Below, one piece after another: positions 57,401 through 64,000 of a DNA stretch of 64,000 bases. A program made the translations under genes and the position numbers. A model generated the notes under the pieces. It did not search any database. It was given only the letters and a program-made list of their open reading frames with translations, and was not told where the DNA came from. Within the stretch, counting starts at the first letter, position 1; each line of letters opens with the position of its first letter. The DNA comes from Gordonia sp. (in: high G+C Gram-positive bacteria) (GTDB lineage: Bacteria; Actinomycetota; Actinomycetes; Mycobacteriales; Mycobacteriaceae): positions 27,645 to 91,644 of the forward strand of contig NZ_JBQEDL010000013.1 of assembly GCF_052106715.1 (NCBI RefSeq). Reading direction: 5' to 3'.

Positions 57401-59874
57401 TGGCCGATGCACTGCAGGGTCTGGTCGACCTAGCGGCGGACACCCCGTCGTTGGACGCCGACATCTACCTGCGGTGGGAGCATCAGCCCGCATCGTTCGA
57501 CGAGCGCGCCGCAGCGTTGTACGACGTGATCAGCGCGGGCACACTGCCCGAGTCGGTCCACCGGATCACCGCGACCGTCGCGGGTCGCGGCGACGACACG
57601 ATGCACCACCACTTCACCTTCCGGCAATCGGCGACCGGGTTGACCGAAGACCGGTTGATCCGCGGCCTCCATCCGCACATCGCGCGCCGCATGCAGATGG
57701 AGCGCCTGCGCAAGTTCGACCTGACGCGGTTGTCGTCATCGGACGACGAAGAGGTGTACCTGTTCCGCGCGGTCGCCACGACCAATCCCGCAGACGACCG
57801 GCTCATCGCGTTCGCTCAGATCCGTGACCTGACCGCCGTCGCCGACGACGGCGAACTCCTGACGCTGCCGACCGCCGAGACCACGTTCGCCACGTGTGTC
57901 GACGCCATCCGCCGCGCACAGACCGAGCGCCCGTCCAATAAGCGGTTCAACACCAACCGCATCGTCATGTACATCTGGCCGTCGATCGACGTGTCGAACA
58001 ATGCTCTGCGGCGCATCGTGCAGCACACCATCGAGACGGCGTCGGTCGACGGCGCGGGGCTCGAAGAGGTCCTACTGATCGGTCGCCAGCGCGACAAGAA
58101 GACCCGCACACTGTCGAAGGTCGCCGTTCGGATCACCTTCGACTCGAGTGCCCCGACGGTCGTGGTCGGCGAGCCGAACGACGATCCGGTCGAGCCGTTC
58201 GACGAGTACCGCCAGAAGGTGTTGAAGGCGGCTAGTCGCGGCACCGTCTACCCGTACGAGTTGGTCGACAAGCTCGGCGACTTCACCGAGTACGACCTGG
58301 TCGACGACGCTCTGCGCCCGGTCGACCGACCCAAGGGCGCCAACTCCGCGGCGGTCGTCGTCGGTGTCGTGAGCACTCCGACCCAGAAGTACCCGGAGGG
58401 CGTGCAGCGCGTCGTCATGCTCGGCGATCCGACGAAGGCGCTCGGTGCGTTGACCGAGCCGGAGTGCCGCCGGTACACGGCGGCTCTCGATCTCGCCGAG
58501 GAGTTGCACCTTCCCGTCGAGTGGTACGCGCTGTCGTCCGGTGCGGCGGTCCGCATGGACTCCGGCACCGAGAACCTCGACTGGGTGGCAGCGACACTCA
58601 AGCGCATCGTCGAGTTCACGCAGGTCGGCGGCGAGATCAACATCGTCGTCAGCGGCATCAACGTCGGCGGACAGGCGTACTGGAACGCCGAGGCGACGAT
58701 GCTGATGCATACGAAGGGCATCCTCGTGATGACCCCGGACTCGTCGATGGTGTTGACCGGCAAACAGGCACTGGACTTCTCCGGCGGCGTGTCTGCCGAG
58801 GACAACTTCGGCATCGGCGGGTACGACCGAGTGATGGGCCCGAACGGCGAGGCGCAGTACTGGGCGCCCGACCTGACGTCGGCCATCGACATCGTGATGA
58901 GCCACTACGAGCACAGCTATGTGGTGCCCGGTGAGAATGCTCCGCGCGCTGCGGAGTCGTCGGACCCGATCGACCGCGACATCTCCGAGTTCCCGCATGA
59001 CCTGGAGGGCAGCGAGTTCACGACGGTCGGCGAGATCTTCTCGGCGACGGCGAACCCGGACCGTAAGAAGCCGTTCGACATCCGCTCGGTGATGCGTGCC
59101 GTGGTCGACCAGGACCTGCCCGTTCAGGAACGCTGGGCCGGGATGGGCGACGCCGACACGGTCGTCGTGCAGGACACGCACGTCGGTGGCAACGCGGTCA
59201 CCCTGATCGGCATCGAGTCGACGCCGATCAGCCGCCGCGGTTTCCTGCCGACCGACGGCCCGGACACTTTCAGCGCGGGCACCTTGTTCCCGCAGTCGTC
59301 GAAGAAGGCCGCCCGCGCGATCAACGCCGCCAGCGGAAATCGCCCGGTGGTCGTGTTGGCCAACCTGTCCGGCTTCGACGGCTCCCCCGAGTCACTGCGC
59401 AAGCTGCAGTTGGAGTACGGCGCCGAGATCGGTCGAGCGATCATCAACTTCGACGGTCCGATCGTCTTCTGCGTCATCTCCCGCTACCACGGCGGTGCGT
59501 TCGTGGTGTTCTCGAAAGCGCTGAACCCGAATATGACGGTGCTGGCGATCGACGGCTCGTTCGCGTCAGTCCTCGGCGGCGCTCCCGCCGCCGCGGTCGT
59601 CTTCGCCGGCGAGGTCGGCATGCGCACCGAGAAGGATCCGCGCGTGCACAAGCTGGCCGAGCGAGCCTCGGATGTGTCCGGCCCCGAGCGCGCGTCGCTC
59701 ACCGCCGAACTCGACGAACTGCGCACCTCGGTGCGGGCGGAGAAGATCTCGGAGATGGCCGCCGAGTTCGACGGCGTCCACGACATCCACCGCGCCGTCC
59801 GCGTCGGTTCCGTCGACGCCGTGATAGCTGCGGCCGATCTCCGCCCGCAGATCATCGAGGCGATCACCCGGTAG
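54427..59874 (+). CDS. Single-chain multidomain biotin-dependent acyl-CoA carboxylase (BC - BCCP - central region - CT; eukaryote-type ACC architecture)
   Basis: GTG 54427 lies 7 nt after AAGGAG. BC ([26 protein letters not shown]). Biotinylation motif VLESMKMET (about aa 620). About 600-aa central region. CT lobes (GGQAYWNAEA..., VLANLSGFDGSPESLR, RYHGGAFVV). 1815 aa with no internal stops. Confidence 0.9.
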   Translation: MFKRIAIVNRGEAGMRLINAVRDLSAETGESIEVVALHTDVDRASTYVREADIAYDLGPASARPYLDMAVLERALVESGADAAWVGWGFVAEDPAFAELCDRIGVTFIGPSAEAMHKLGDKIGAKLLAEEVGVPVAPWSRGPVNDVEEAKEAAAHIGYPLMLKATAGGGGRGIRKVSDDSELVEAYQRTREEAERAFGSGVVFLERLVTGARHVEVQVIADGRGTAWALGVRDCSVQRRNQKVIEESASPVLTDEQADEVKTSAERLANAVGYRGAATVEFLYHPGEKLFAFLEVNTRLQVEHPITELTNSFDLVRAQLHVASGHRLEGDKPVERGHAIEARLNAEDPDRDFSPAPGRIARLNLPTGPGIRVDTGVSEGDTIPADFDSMIAKVIAYGRDRDEALGRLRRAMSRTGVIIEGGATNKSFVLELLNQPEVIDGSADTGWIDRVRDEGRLVSHQHSTVALAAAAIDAYEEEEFAERTRLFVTASGGRPQVNHESGRPLDFKLRGVTYRVRVARVGAHRFRIVVEAGEDSRTADVDLERFDTHAGQVRINGIRYRLLTDTYGPIHLVDVDGITHRVSRDEGGVVRAPAPALVIATPLEVGAEVEAGDPVLVLESMKMETVLRAPFKARLKECAVSVGAQVETGVALLRLEPIEDDAEAAETTSAAAALDLPETPDPVGTDELFARGLEDLRGLLLGFDGDPADNGRLLSDYLAARDDAVASGFAPHEAETELVTVFGDIAALSEQRPSDESVSDARVHSAREHFHTYLQSLDVDVAAVPDRFQKKLSYALEHYGVDELERTPDLEEAVFRIFLALGRQAETIPVVTAVLRRWLSEPAPDHEDSDATGRSLERLVAAAQGRLPVVADLARGVLHAWYGQPRLRRTRDAVYTRVREHLAVLDADPQAADRADRIADMVRSTEPLVSILSERLENDDLDDAVMLEVLTRRYYGNKGVAKIASHRTGGCTFVVAERDGSTLVSVAASFDDLADALQGLVDLAADTPSLDADIYLRWEHQPASFDERAAALYDVISAGTLPESVHRITATVAGRGDDTMHHHFTFRQSATGLTEDRLIRGLHPHIARRMQMERLRKFDLTRLSSSDDEEVYLFRAVATTNPADDRLIAFAQIRDLTAVADDGELLTLPTAETTFATCVDAIRRAQTERPSNKRFNTNRIVMYIWPSIDVSNNALRRIVQHTIETASVDGAGLEEVLLIGRQRDKKTRTLSKVAVRITFDSSAPTVVVGEPNDDPVEPFDEYRQKVLKAASRGTVYPYELVDKLGDFTEYDLVDDALRPVDRPKGANSAAVVVGVVSTPTQKYPEGVQRVVMLGDPTKALGALTEPECRRYTAALDLAEELHLPVEWYALSSGAAVRMDSGTENLDWVAATLKRIVEFTQVGGEINIVVSGINVGGQAYWNAEATMLMHTKGILVMTPDSSMVLTGKQALDFSGGVSAEDNFGIGGYDRVMGPNGEAQYWAPDLTSAIDIVMSHYEHSYVVPGENAPRAAESSDPIDRDISEFPHDLEGSEFTTVGEIFSATANPDRKKPFDIRSVMRAVVDQDLPVQERWAGMGDADTVVVQDTHVGGNAVTLIGIESTPISRRGFLPTDGPDTFSAGTLFPQSSKKAARAINAASGNRPVVVLANLSGFDGSPESLRKLQLEYGAEIGRAIINFDGPIVFCVISRYHGGAFVVFSKALNPNMTVLAIDGSFASVLGGAPAAAVVFAGEVGMRTEKDPRVHKLAERASDVSGPERASLTAELDELRTSVRAEKISEMAAEFDGVHDIHRAVRVGSVDAVIAAADLRPQIIEAITR

Positions 59875-59891
59875 CCCGCCCCGAGCCCCTC

Positions 59892-59915
59892 GCTGGTCGA
59901 GCGAAGTCGAGACCT
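59892..59915 (+). repeat. Dispersed 24-nt junction element, copy C
   Basis: GCTGGTCGAGCGAAGTCGAGACCT in the carboxylase/mscS convergent spacer. Abuts the mscS stop codon (59916-59918). Confidence 0.85.
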
Positions 59916-60833
59916 CTACCTCGGCCCGGCGAGCGCCTCGCCCCAGGACTGCATCGGCAGTTTGATCGCCGCTCGGTCGAACTCGCCGAGGACGCGACTG
60001 CGTAGGTGTCGTTGCACGCCCCACTGGGCACCGGGCTTGGTCGTGACCGTCATGCGCAGCATCGCGTGCGACGAGGTGACCTCCTGGACGCCGAGCATCT
60101 CCGGTTCGCCGAGGACTTCGCTGACGATCTCGCTGTCCCGCGTGCCCTGCTTCGCCGCGCTGAGGGCGACGGTCTGCGCCTGTTCGAGATCGGCGTCGAC
60201 GGCGACGGGGACTTCGAGACGTGCGACCGCGAAGTCCTGACTCATATTGCCCACGCGCTCGATCTCGCCGTTGCGGATGTACCAGAGGGTGCCGTCCATG
60301 TCGCGGACGGTGGTGATGCGCAGACCGACGGACTCGATCTCGCCGATCACCTCACCGAAGTCGGCGATGTCGCCGACACCGTACTGGTCCTCCATCATCA
60401 TGAAGACGCCCGACACGATGTCTGCGACAAGGTGCTGCGCACCGAAGCCGATGGCGAGGCCGATGATGCCGGCCGACGCGATGAACGGCGCGATGTTGAC
60501 GTCGAGTTCGGACAGGATCGACAGCACCAGCCAGACGACTATCACGACCGACACCGTCGATTTGAGGACCGAGCCGATGGTCTTGGCTCGCTGCGTCCGG
60601 CGAGCACTGGCGTTGGGGCTACGCGCCGCCGATCGCTCACGCAGCCCCTTCGTCAGGCGCATGCCGCCCTCTTCGCGCGCCGGCCGCGGCTTGGTGACCC
60701 GGTCGATGACGCGGAACAACAGCCACCGGATCACGAGTGCAGCGACGATGAAGCACGCGATCCTGATCGGGGTCTCGATCAGCCACGCTCTATTGGTCTC
60801 CGTCCATTCGAATGCAAGGGATTGAGTAGTCAT
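59916..60833 (-). CDS. mscS: Small-conductance mechanosensitive channel (MscS family)
   Basis: Three N-terminal TM helices, then GFGAQHLVADIVSGVFMMMEDQYGVGD and the beta-domain (GEIESVGLRITTVRDMDGTLWYIRNGEI). Confidence 0.88.
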   Translation of the reverse strand: MTTQSLAFEWTETNRAWLIETPIRIACFIVAALVIRWLLFRVIDRVTKPRPAREEGGMRLTKGLRERSAARSPNASARRTQRAKTIGSVLKSTVSVVIVVWLVLSILSELDVNIAPFIASAGIIGLAIGFGAQHLVADIVSGVFMMMEDQYGVGDIADFGEVIGEIESVGLRITTVRDMDGTLWYIRNGEIERVGNMSQDFAVARLEVPVAVDADLEQAQTVALSAAKQGTRDSEIVSEVLGEPEMLGVQEVTSSHAMLRMTVTTKPGAQWGVQRHLRSRVLGEFDRAAIKLPMQSWGEALAGPR

Positions 60834-60858
60834 GGTGTCGACCGTACGTACGACCCCG

Positions 60859-61665
60859 TCACGTGTGCAGGTCCCCGATGAGTCGCCGGACCTCGCGCAC
60901 CGCGATAACCATGGCGAACGCTGCGAAGATGATCGACAACACTGCGGCGTCGACGGCGAGCGCGCACAGCACGCCGACCGCCGCCCCCGGAAGCGCCCCG
61001 AGATTCAGAATCGTCGCCAGCCTGCGGTCGACTGTGCCCTGCCGCATGTGCCCGTACGTCCCGACGATCGCGTTCGGGAAGAACATCAGCAGCGACGTGC
61101 CTTCCGCCGTCGATAGGTCGGAGCCGAAGAACAGCATCAGGACGGGAACGGCGAGGAGACCGCCGCCCAACCCCATACCGGCGGCCCACGCACCGATCAC
61201 CGCACCGAACGCCAGCGACACCGGGATCGTGTACGCGAGATTCGCGATCATCTCGTCGGAGATGCGAGCCGACCCCGACGACAATCCCAGACCCGTCGCA
61301 TCGAGAATGAGTTTGACCCCCGTAGCCACGAGGATCGCGACGAACAGCCAACGCAGCGGACGCTGCGGGATCGCGACGACCAGTCGAGCGCCGAACAGTC
61401 CGCCGACGGTCGCACCGAGCGCCATCCCCGCCCCTGCGCGCAGGTCGACCGATCCGCCGATTGCAGCGAACACCGCCGCACCGACGCCGGTGACCGCGAT
61501 GTTCGCTGCTCCCGCCGTGCCGTGCGGCGCGTGCCGAGACAGCGTCGTCGTGCGTTCGAGCGCCGGTACGTAGAACACGCCACTGCCACCGCCGAGGAGT
61601 CCTCCGATCGCTCCGCCGGTGAATCCGATGCCCGCCTCGACGCCTGTCCATTCCGGATTCTTCAC
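60859..61665 (-). CDS. TauE/SafE family sulfite/anion exporter
   Basis: About 8 TM helices, Gly-rich (GGAIGGLLGGGSGVFYVP), internal two-fold repeat typical of TauE/SafE. Confidence 0.8.
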   Translation of the reverse strand: MKNPEWTGVEAGIGFTGGAIGGLLGGGSGVFYVPALERTTTLSRHAPHGTAGAANIAVTGVGAAVFAAIGGSVDLRAGAGMALGATVGGLFGARLVVAIPQRPLRWLFVAILVATGVKLILDATGLGLSSGSARISDEMIANLAYTIPVSLAFGAVIGAWAAGMGLGGGLLAVPVLMLFFGSDLSTAEGTSLLMFFPNAIVGTYGHMRQGTVDRRLATILNLGALPGAAVGVLCALAVDAAVLSIIFAAFAMVIAVREVRRLIGDLHT

Positions 61666-61725
61666 GGCGAAACAGTAGCACTTGTCTGAGGAGCAGTTCT
61701 CTACTTGTCTGAGTAGTTGCCTGGC

Positions 61726-63369
61726 TCAACCCGCGGTGAGTCGACGGCGGTCCAGCAACGCGAGTTGCAAGGCGCTCAACAAACGCTCGGCAGGGTCGTC
61801 CAGGTTGAGTCCGGACACCTGACGGGCTCGGTCGACGCGGTAGCGGAGTGTGTTCGCGTGGACGCCGATCCGGTTCGCCGCATCGCGGACGTTGCCGTGG
61901 GCGTCGAGGTAGGCGCGAACGCTCTCCTCCAGGTGCGCAGTGCGTTCGGTGTCGTACGCGACCATGGCGGTCACCCGGGGGTCGACGAGTTGGTCGCGGT
62001 CGACGAGCGCGTCGAGGATCTCGCCGAGCAGTACCGCTGTGCGCGCCTGGGCGAGCGTCGTCACCCGATCGGCTCCGCCCGAGCGGGTTGCGGCGAACAC
62101 CCGATCGACCTCGCGGCGAGCCCGGGCGACCTCGGCCAGCCCGTCGACCGGGAACACGACGGTCGCGTGCAGGCGCCCGCCGCCCAACACAGGGTCGCCG
62201 TCGAACCGGGCGACCAGCTGACCGACCCAGCGGGTGATCGGCGCGACGTCGGCGGCGGGCACCAGGATGTACGCGCGCTCGGCGATCAACGTGGTGAGCG
62301 CCGACGTCGCGTACGCGCTCGCGTGCAGCCGAATGGCTCCGCCGACGGCGGCGATCGCGTCGGTGGGCGTGAGCGACCCGCCGTCCGCGGCGATACCGAT
62401 AACCGCGGCGCGTTCGTCGACCGCCCACCCGAGATAGGCGCCTGCCGACGAGGCGTCGATCCCACCGTGTTCACCGAAGAGTCGTTGCAGAAGCTGGGCT
62501 TCCGCCGACGGCGCCTGCATCGCCCTGGTCAGGATCCGCGACGCGACGGAAGCCGCGCCCGCCAGCACCTCGGCCGAGTCGGACGTCAGCGCGACCGCGC
62601 CCTCCTGGACCCAGATCGAACCGAGGTGTCTGCCCGCGCCGCTGTGCACGCCGATCACGAGGCGGCGCCGCATCGCGTGCTCCTCGTCAGCGGGCACGTC
62701 GACCACCTCACCGCCGCGCCGGATCGCGTCGAACACGCCCCACTTGCGGAGCAACGCCAGGTACGTCGGCGGGCCCTCCCGACCGAGGATGGTCTGCACC
62801 CGTAGATCGTCGGCCTCGCCGTTCGACGGTGAGTACGCGAGTACCCGCGCGCTCGTCGCGTCCTCGATGGACACGAGGCCACCGGTCCCCCGCGCCACCA
62901 ACCCGACAAGCCCGATGAGGTCCACGTCGACGGGAGTCTCCGGATCGCCGGGGTGTCCAGCCGATTCACGCCCTCGATTCAGGTCGGCCTGCACGAGTCC
63001 CAGGATCCGGTCCCACCGCGCGCGGGTGTGGACACCGACGATCGCGACGCCCGACTCGTCCGCCACCGGCCGCGCCTGCGCTGGTCCGGCGAACGCCTTC
63101 GTCAGCACTGCGCGGGGCCGAGGGTCCGATTGTCGCGACAGCCAGCCCCGTACCCCGTCCGCGTCGACCCCGACGAGCACCACGAGATCGGTCGCGGCGC
63201 AGGCGCCCGCATCGATGTCGTCGGCGTCGATCATCGAGACGTCGACGACTCCCGATGCATCATCGGGGCGTGCGCCCTGACCACCGCTGATCACCGCCCA
63301 GTCGACGGCGGTGTCGAGCGAGTCGATCAGCTCCGACAGCGACATCCCCTCGAATTCCGGCATGAACAC
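61726..63369 (-). CDS. PucR/CdaR-family transcriptional regulator
   Basis: C-terminal PucR HTH (VRDAANRIGVHANTLRYRVDRARQVSGLNLDDP). Large N-terminal sensor region. Divergent from the proline dehydrogenase gene. Confidence 0.85.
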   Translation of the reverse strand: MFMPEFEGMSLSELIDSLDTAVDWAVISGGQGARPDDASGVVDVSMIDADDIDAGACAATDLVVLVGVDADGVRGWLSRQSDPRPRAVLTKAFAGPAQARPVADESGVAIVGVHTRARWDRILGLVQADLNRGRESAGHPGDPETPVDVDLIGLVGLVARGTGGLVSIEDATSARVLAYSPSNGEADDLRVQTILGREGPPTYLALLRKWGVFDAIRRGGEVVDVPADEEHAMRRRLVIGVHSGAGRHLGSIWVQEGAVALTSDSAEVLAGAASVASRILTRAMQAPSAEAQLLQRLFGEHGGIDASSAGAYLGWAVDERAAVIGIAADGGSLTPTDAIAAVGGAIRLHASAYATSALTTLIAERAYILVPAADVAPITRWVGQLVARFDGDPVLGGGRLHATVVFPVDGLAEVARARREVDRVFAATRSGGADRVTTLAQARTAVLLGEILDALVDRDQLVDPRVTAMVAYDTERTAHLEESVRAYLDAHGNVRDAANRIGVHANTLRYRVDRARQVSGLNLDDPAERLLSALQLALLDRRRLTAG

Positions 63370-63371
63370 AT

Positions 63372-63466
63372 TCTGTCAGCGCATTCAGAGATTCGAACAA
63401 GTAACGGCCGAAACTGTTGTTCAGATGCACGAGGCCGGGGTCACGCCGAGAGACTGTACTGACAGA
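63372..63466. promoter_or_regulatory. Symmetric inverted repeats in the pucR/putA divergent region
   Basis: TCTGTCAG (63372-63379) and CTGACAGA (63459-63466) each lie 1-2 nt from a start codon. Inner pair GAACAA (63395-63400) / TTGTTC (63417-63422). The region is AT-richer than its surroundings. Confidence 0.4.
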
Positions 63467-63467
63467 C

Positions 63468-64000
63468 ATGACCATTGCGCACGACTACCAGCACGACACC
63501 GACGCGACGGACCTCGCCGACCTCGCCGACCGCACGCGTCGGCAGGTGACTCGGTGGCTCACCGAGGCAGGCGTCCACAACGCCCGGCCGCACGCCTCCG
63601 CTCGACGTCTCGCCGCCGTCCTCTCCGACCCGAAGGGACTCGACTTCACCGTCGGTTTCGTCGACCGGGTGATCGGGACCGAGGACACCGCCGCGGCCGG
63701 AACCGCCCTCGCCGAGATCGTCGCCGACGCGCCCGCGTCGCTGAGCGCCTTCGACCGGCTCCAGCTGCGCTCGGGCGCCGCGCTGTCGCGTCGGATCCCG
63801 AAGGTGGTCATCCCGGTGGCTCGCGCACGAATGCGCGCGATGGTCGGTCACATGATCGTCGACGCGCGCGAGAAGCCGTTCACGAAAGCAGTGAAGACGC
63901 TGCGAGCCGGTGATCACCACCTGAACGTCAATCCCCTCGGCGAGGCCGTCCTCGGCGACGACGAGGCCGACAATCACCTCGCCGACGCGCGCGCACTGTT
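63468..64000 (+). CDS. putA: Proline dehydrogenase / PutA-family protein, N-terminal part (runs off window)
   Basis: Hand-translated open frame from ATG 63468 to the window end (MTIAHDYQHDTD ... KAVKTLRAGDHHLNVNPLGEAVLGDDEADNHLADARAL). It is absent from the ORF track because it has no stop. LNVN.LGEAVLG is a PutA-type proline dehydrogenase motif as I recall it. Confidence 0.6.
   Translation, partial: MTIAHDYQHDTDATDLADLADRTRRQVTRWLTEAGVHNARPHASARRLAAVLSDPKGLDFTVGFVDRVIGTEDTAAAGTALAEIVADAPASLSAFDRLQLRSGAALSRRIPKVVIPVARARMRAMVGHMIVDAREKPFTKAVKTLRAGDHHLNVNPLGEAVLGDDEADNHLADARAL

Noticed and set aside
54427-59874. Assigning the fused carboxylase to the characterised single-chain LCC family
   Set aside because: LCC, as I recall it, is about 120 kDa (about 1,100 aa) without a large central region. 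This protein is 1815 aa with about 600 extra residues between BCCP and CT, so I describe only the architecture and leave the family open.
60830-62428. 532-aa minus-strand ORF (extremely Arg-rich) spanning tauE and the pucR 3' half
   Set aside because: It is an off-frame read-through of two supported genes. Composition is more than 25% Arg with long RRRR runs, and it crosses an intergenic spacer.

Overview
High-GC (about 66-67% by eye) actinobacterial chromosome segment. It is almost certainly from the mycolate-producing order Mycobacteriales, more Gordonia/Rhodococcus/Nocardia-like than Mycobacterium itself. That placement, and all homology calls below, come from remembered protein signatures and gene order; no database search was possible.

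I can support about 58 densely packed protein-coding genes. There are no rRNA or tRNA genes, no CRISPR array, and no transposase, integrase or phage genes.

The window is mostly core genome and is collinear with two separate M. tuberculosis H37Rv blocks:
- nt 1-24.3k corresponds to Rv1248c..Rv1220c: kgd, SDR, lpqZ-like, corA, the sugC-sugB-sugA-lpqY trehalose importer, homologues of Rv1234/1232c/1231c/1230c, mrp, tatB-htrA-rseA-sigE, and an O-methyltransferase.
- nt 25.4k-53.8k corresponds to Rv3264c..Rv3285: manB-wbbL-rmlD, an LCP ligase, an Rv3268-like gene, fadE25, purE-purK, a gtrA-like gene, a PH-domain protein, birA, accD5-accE5-maf, sseA, a sufE-like gene, and accA3.

Lineage-specific genes sit between these conserved ones:
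- a TetR/Baeyer-Villiger monooxygenase module
- a low-GC two-gene islet (small helical protein plus DUF3558-like lipoprotein)
- a TetR/dienelactone hydrolase-GNAT-nitronate monooxygenase module
- an internally duplicated ABC-2/DUF3533-like permease with its TetR
- an OmpR-type two-component system fused into the PH-domain gene operon
- a Zn-metallopeptidase lipoprotein
- an orphan condensation-domain protein
- a 1815-aa single-chain eukaryote-type acyl-CoA carboxylase

The right end carries mscS, tauE, a PucR-type regulator and the 5' part of a PutA-like proline dehydrogenase, which runs off the window.

I found nothing I can defend as a complete new system such as a defence island. The most unusual items are:
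- the giant fused carboxylase next to the split AccA3/AccD5/AccE5 system and birA
- the orphan condensation-domain gene apparently coupled to sseA-sufE
- a dispersed 24-nt REP-like element restricted to convergent gene junctions, with an 18-19-nt tandem expansion at one locus
- the low-GC islet
- several clear palindromic candidate operators in divergent promoter regions
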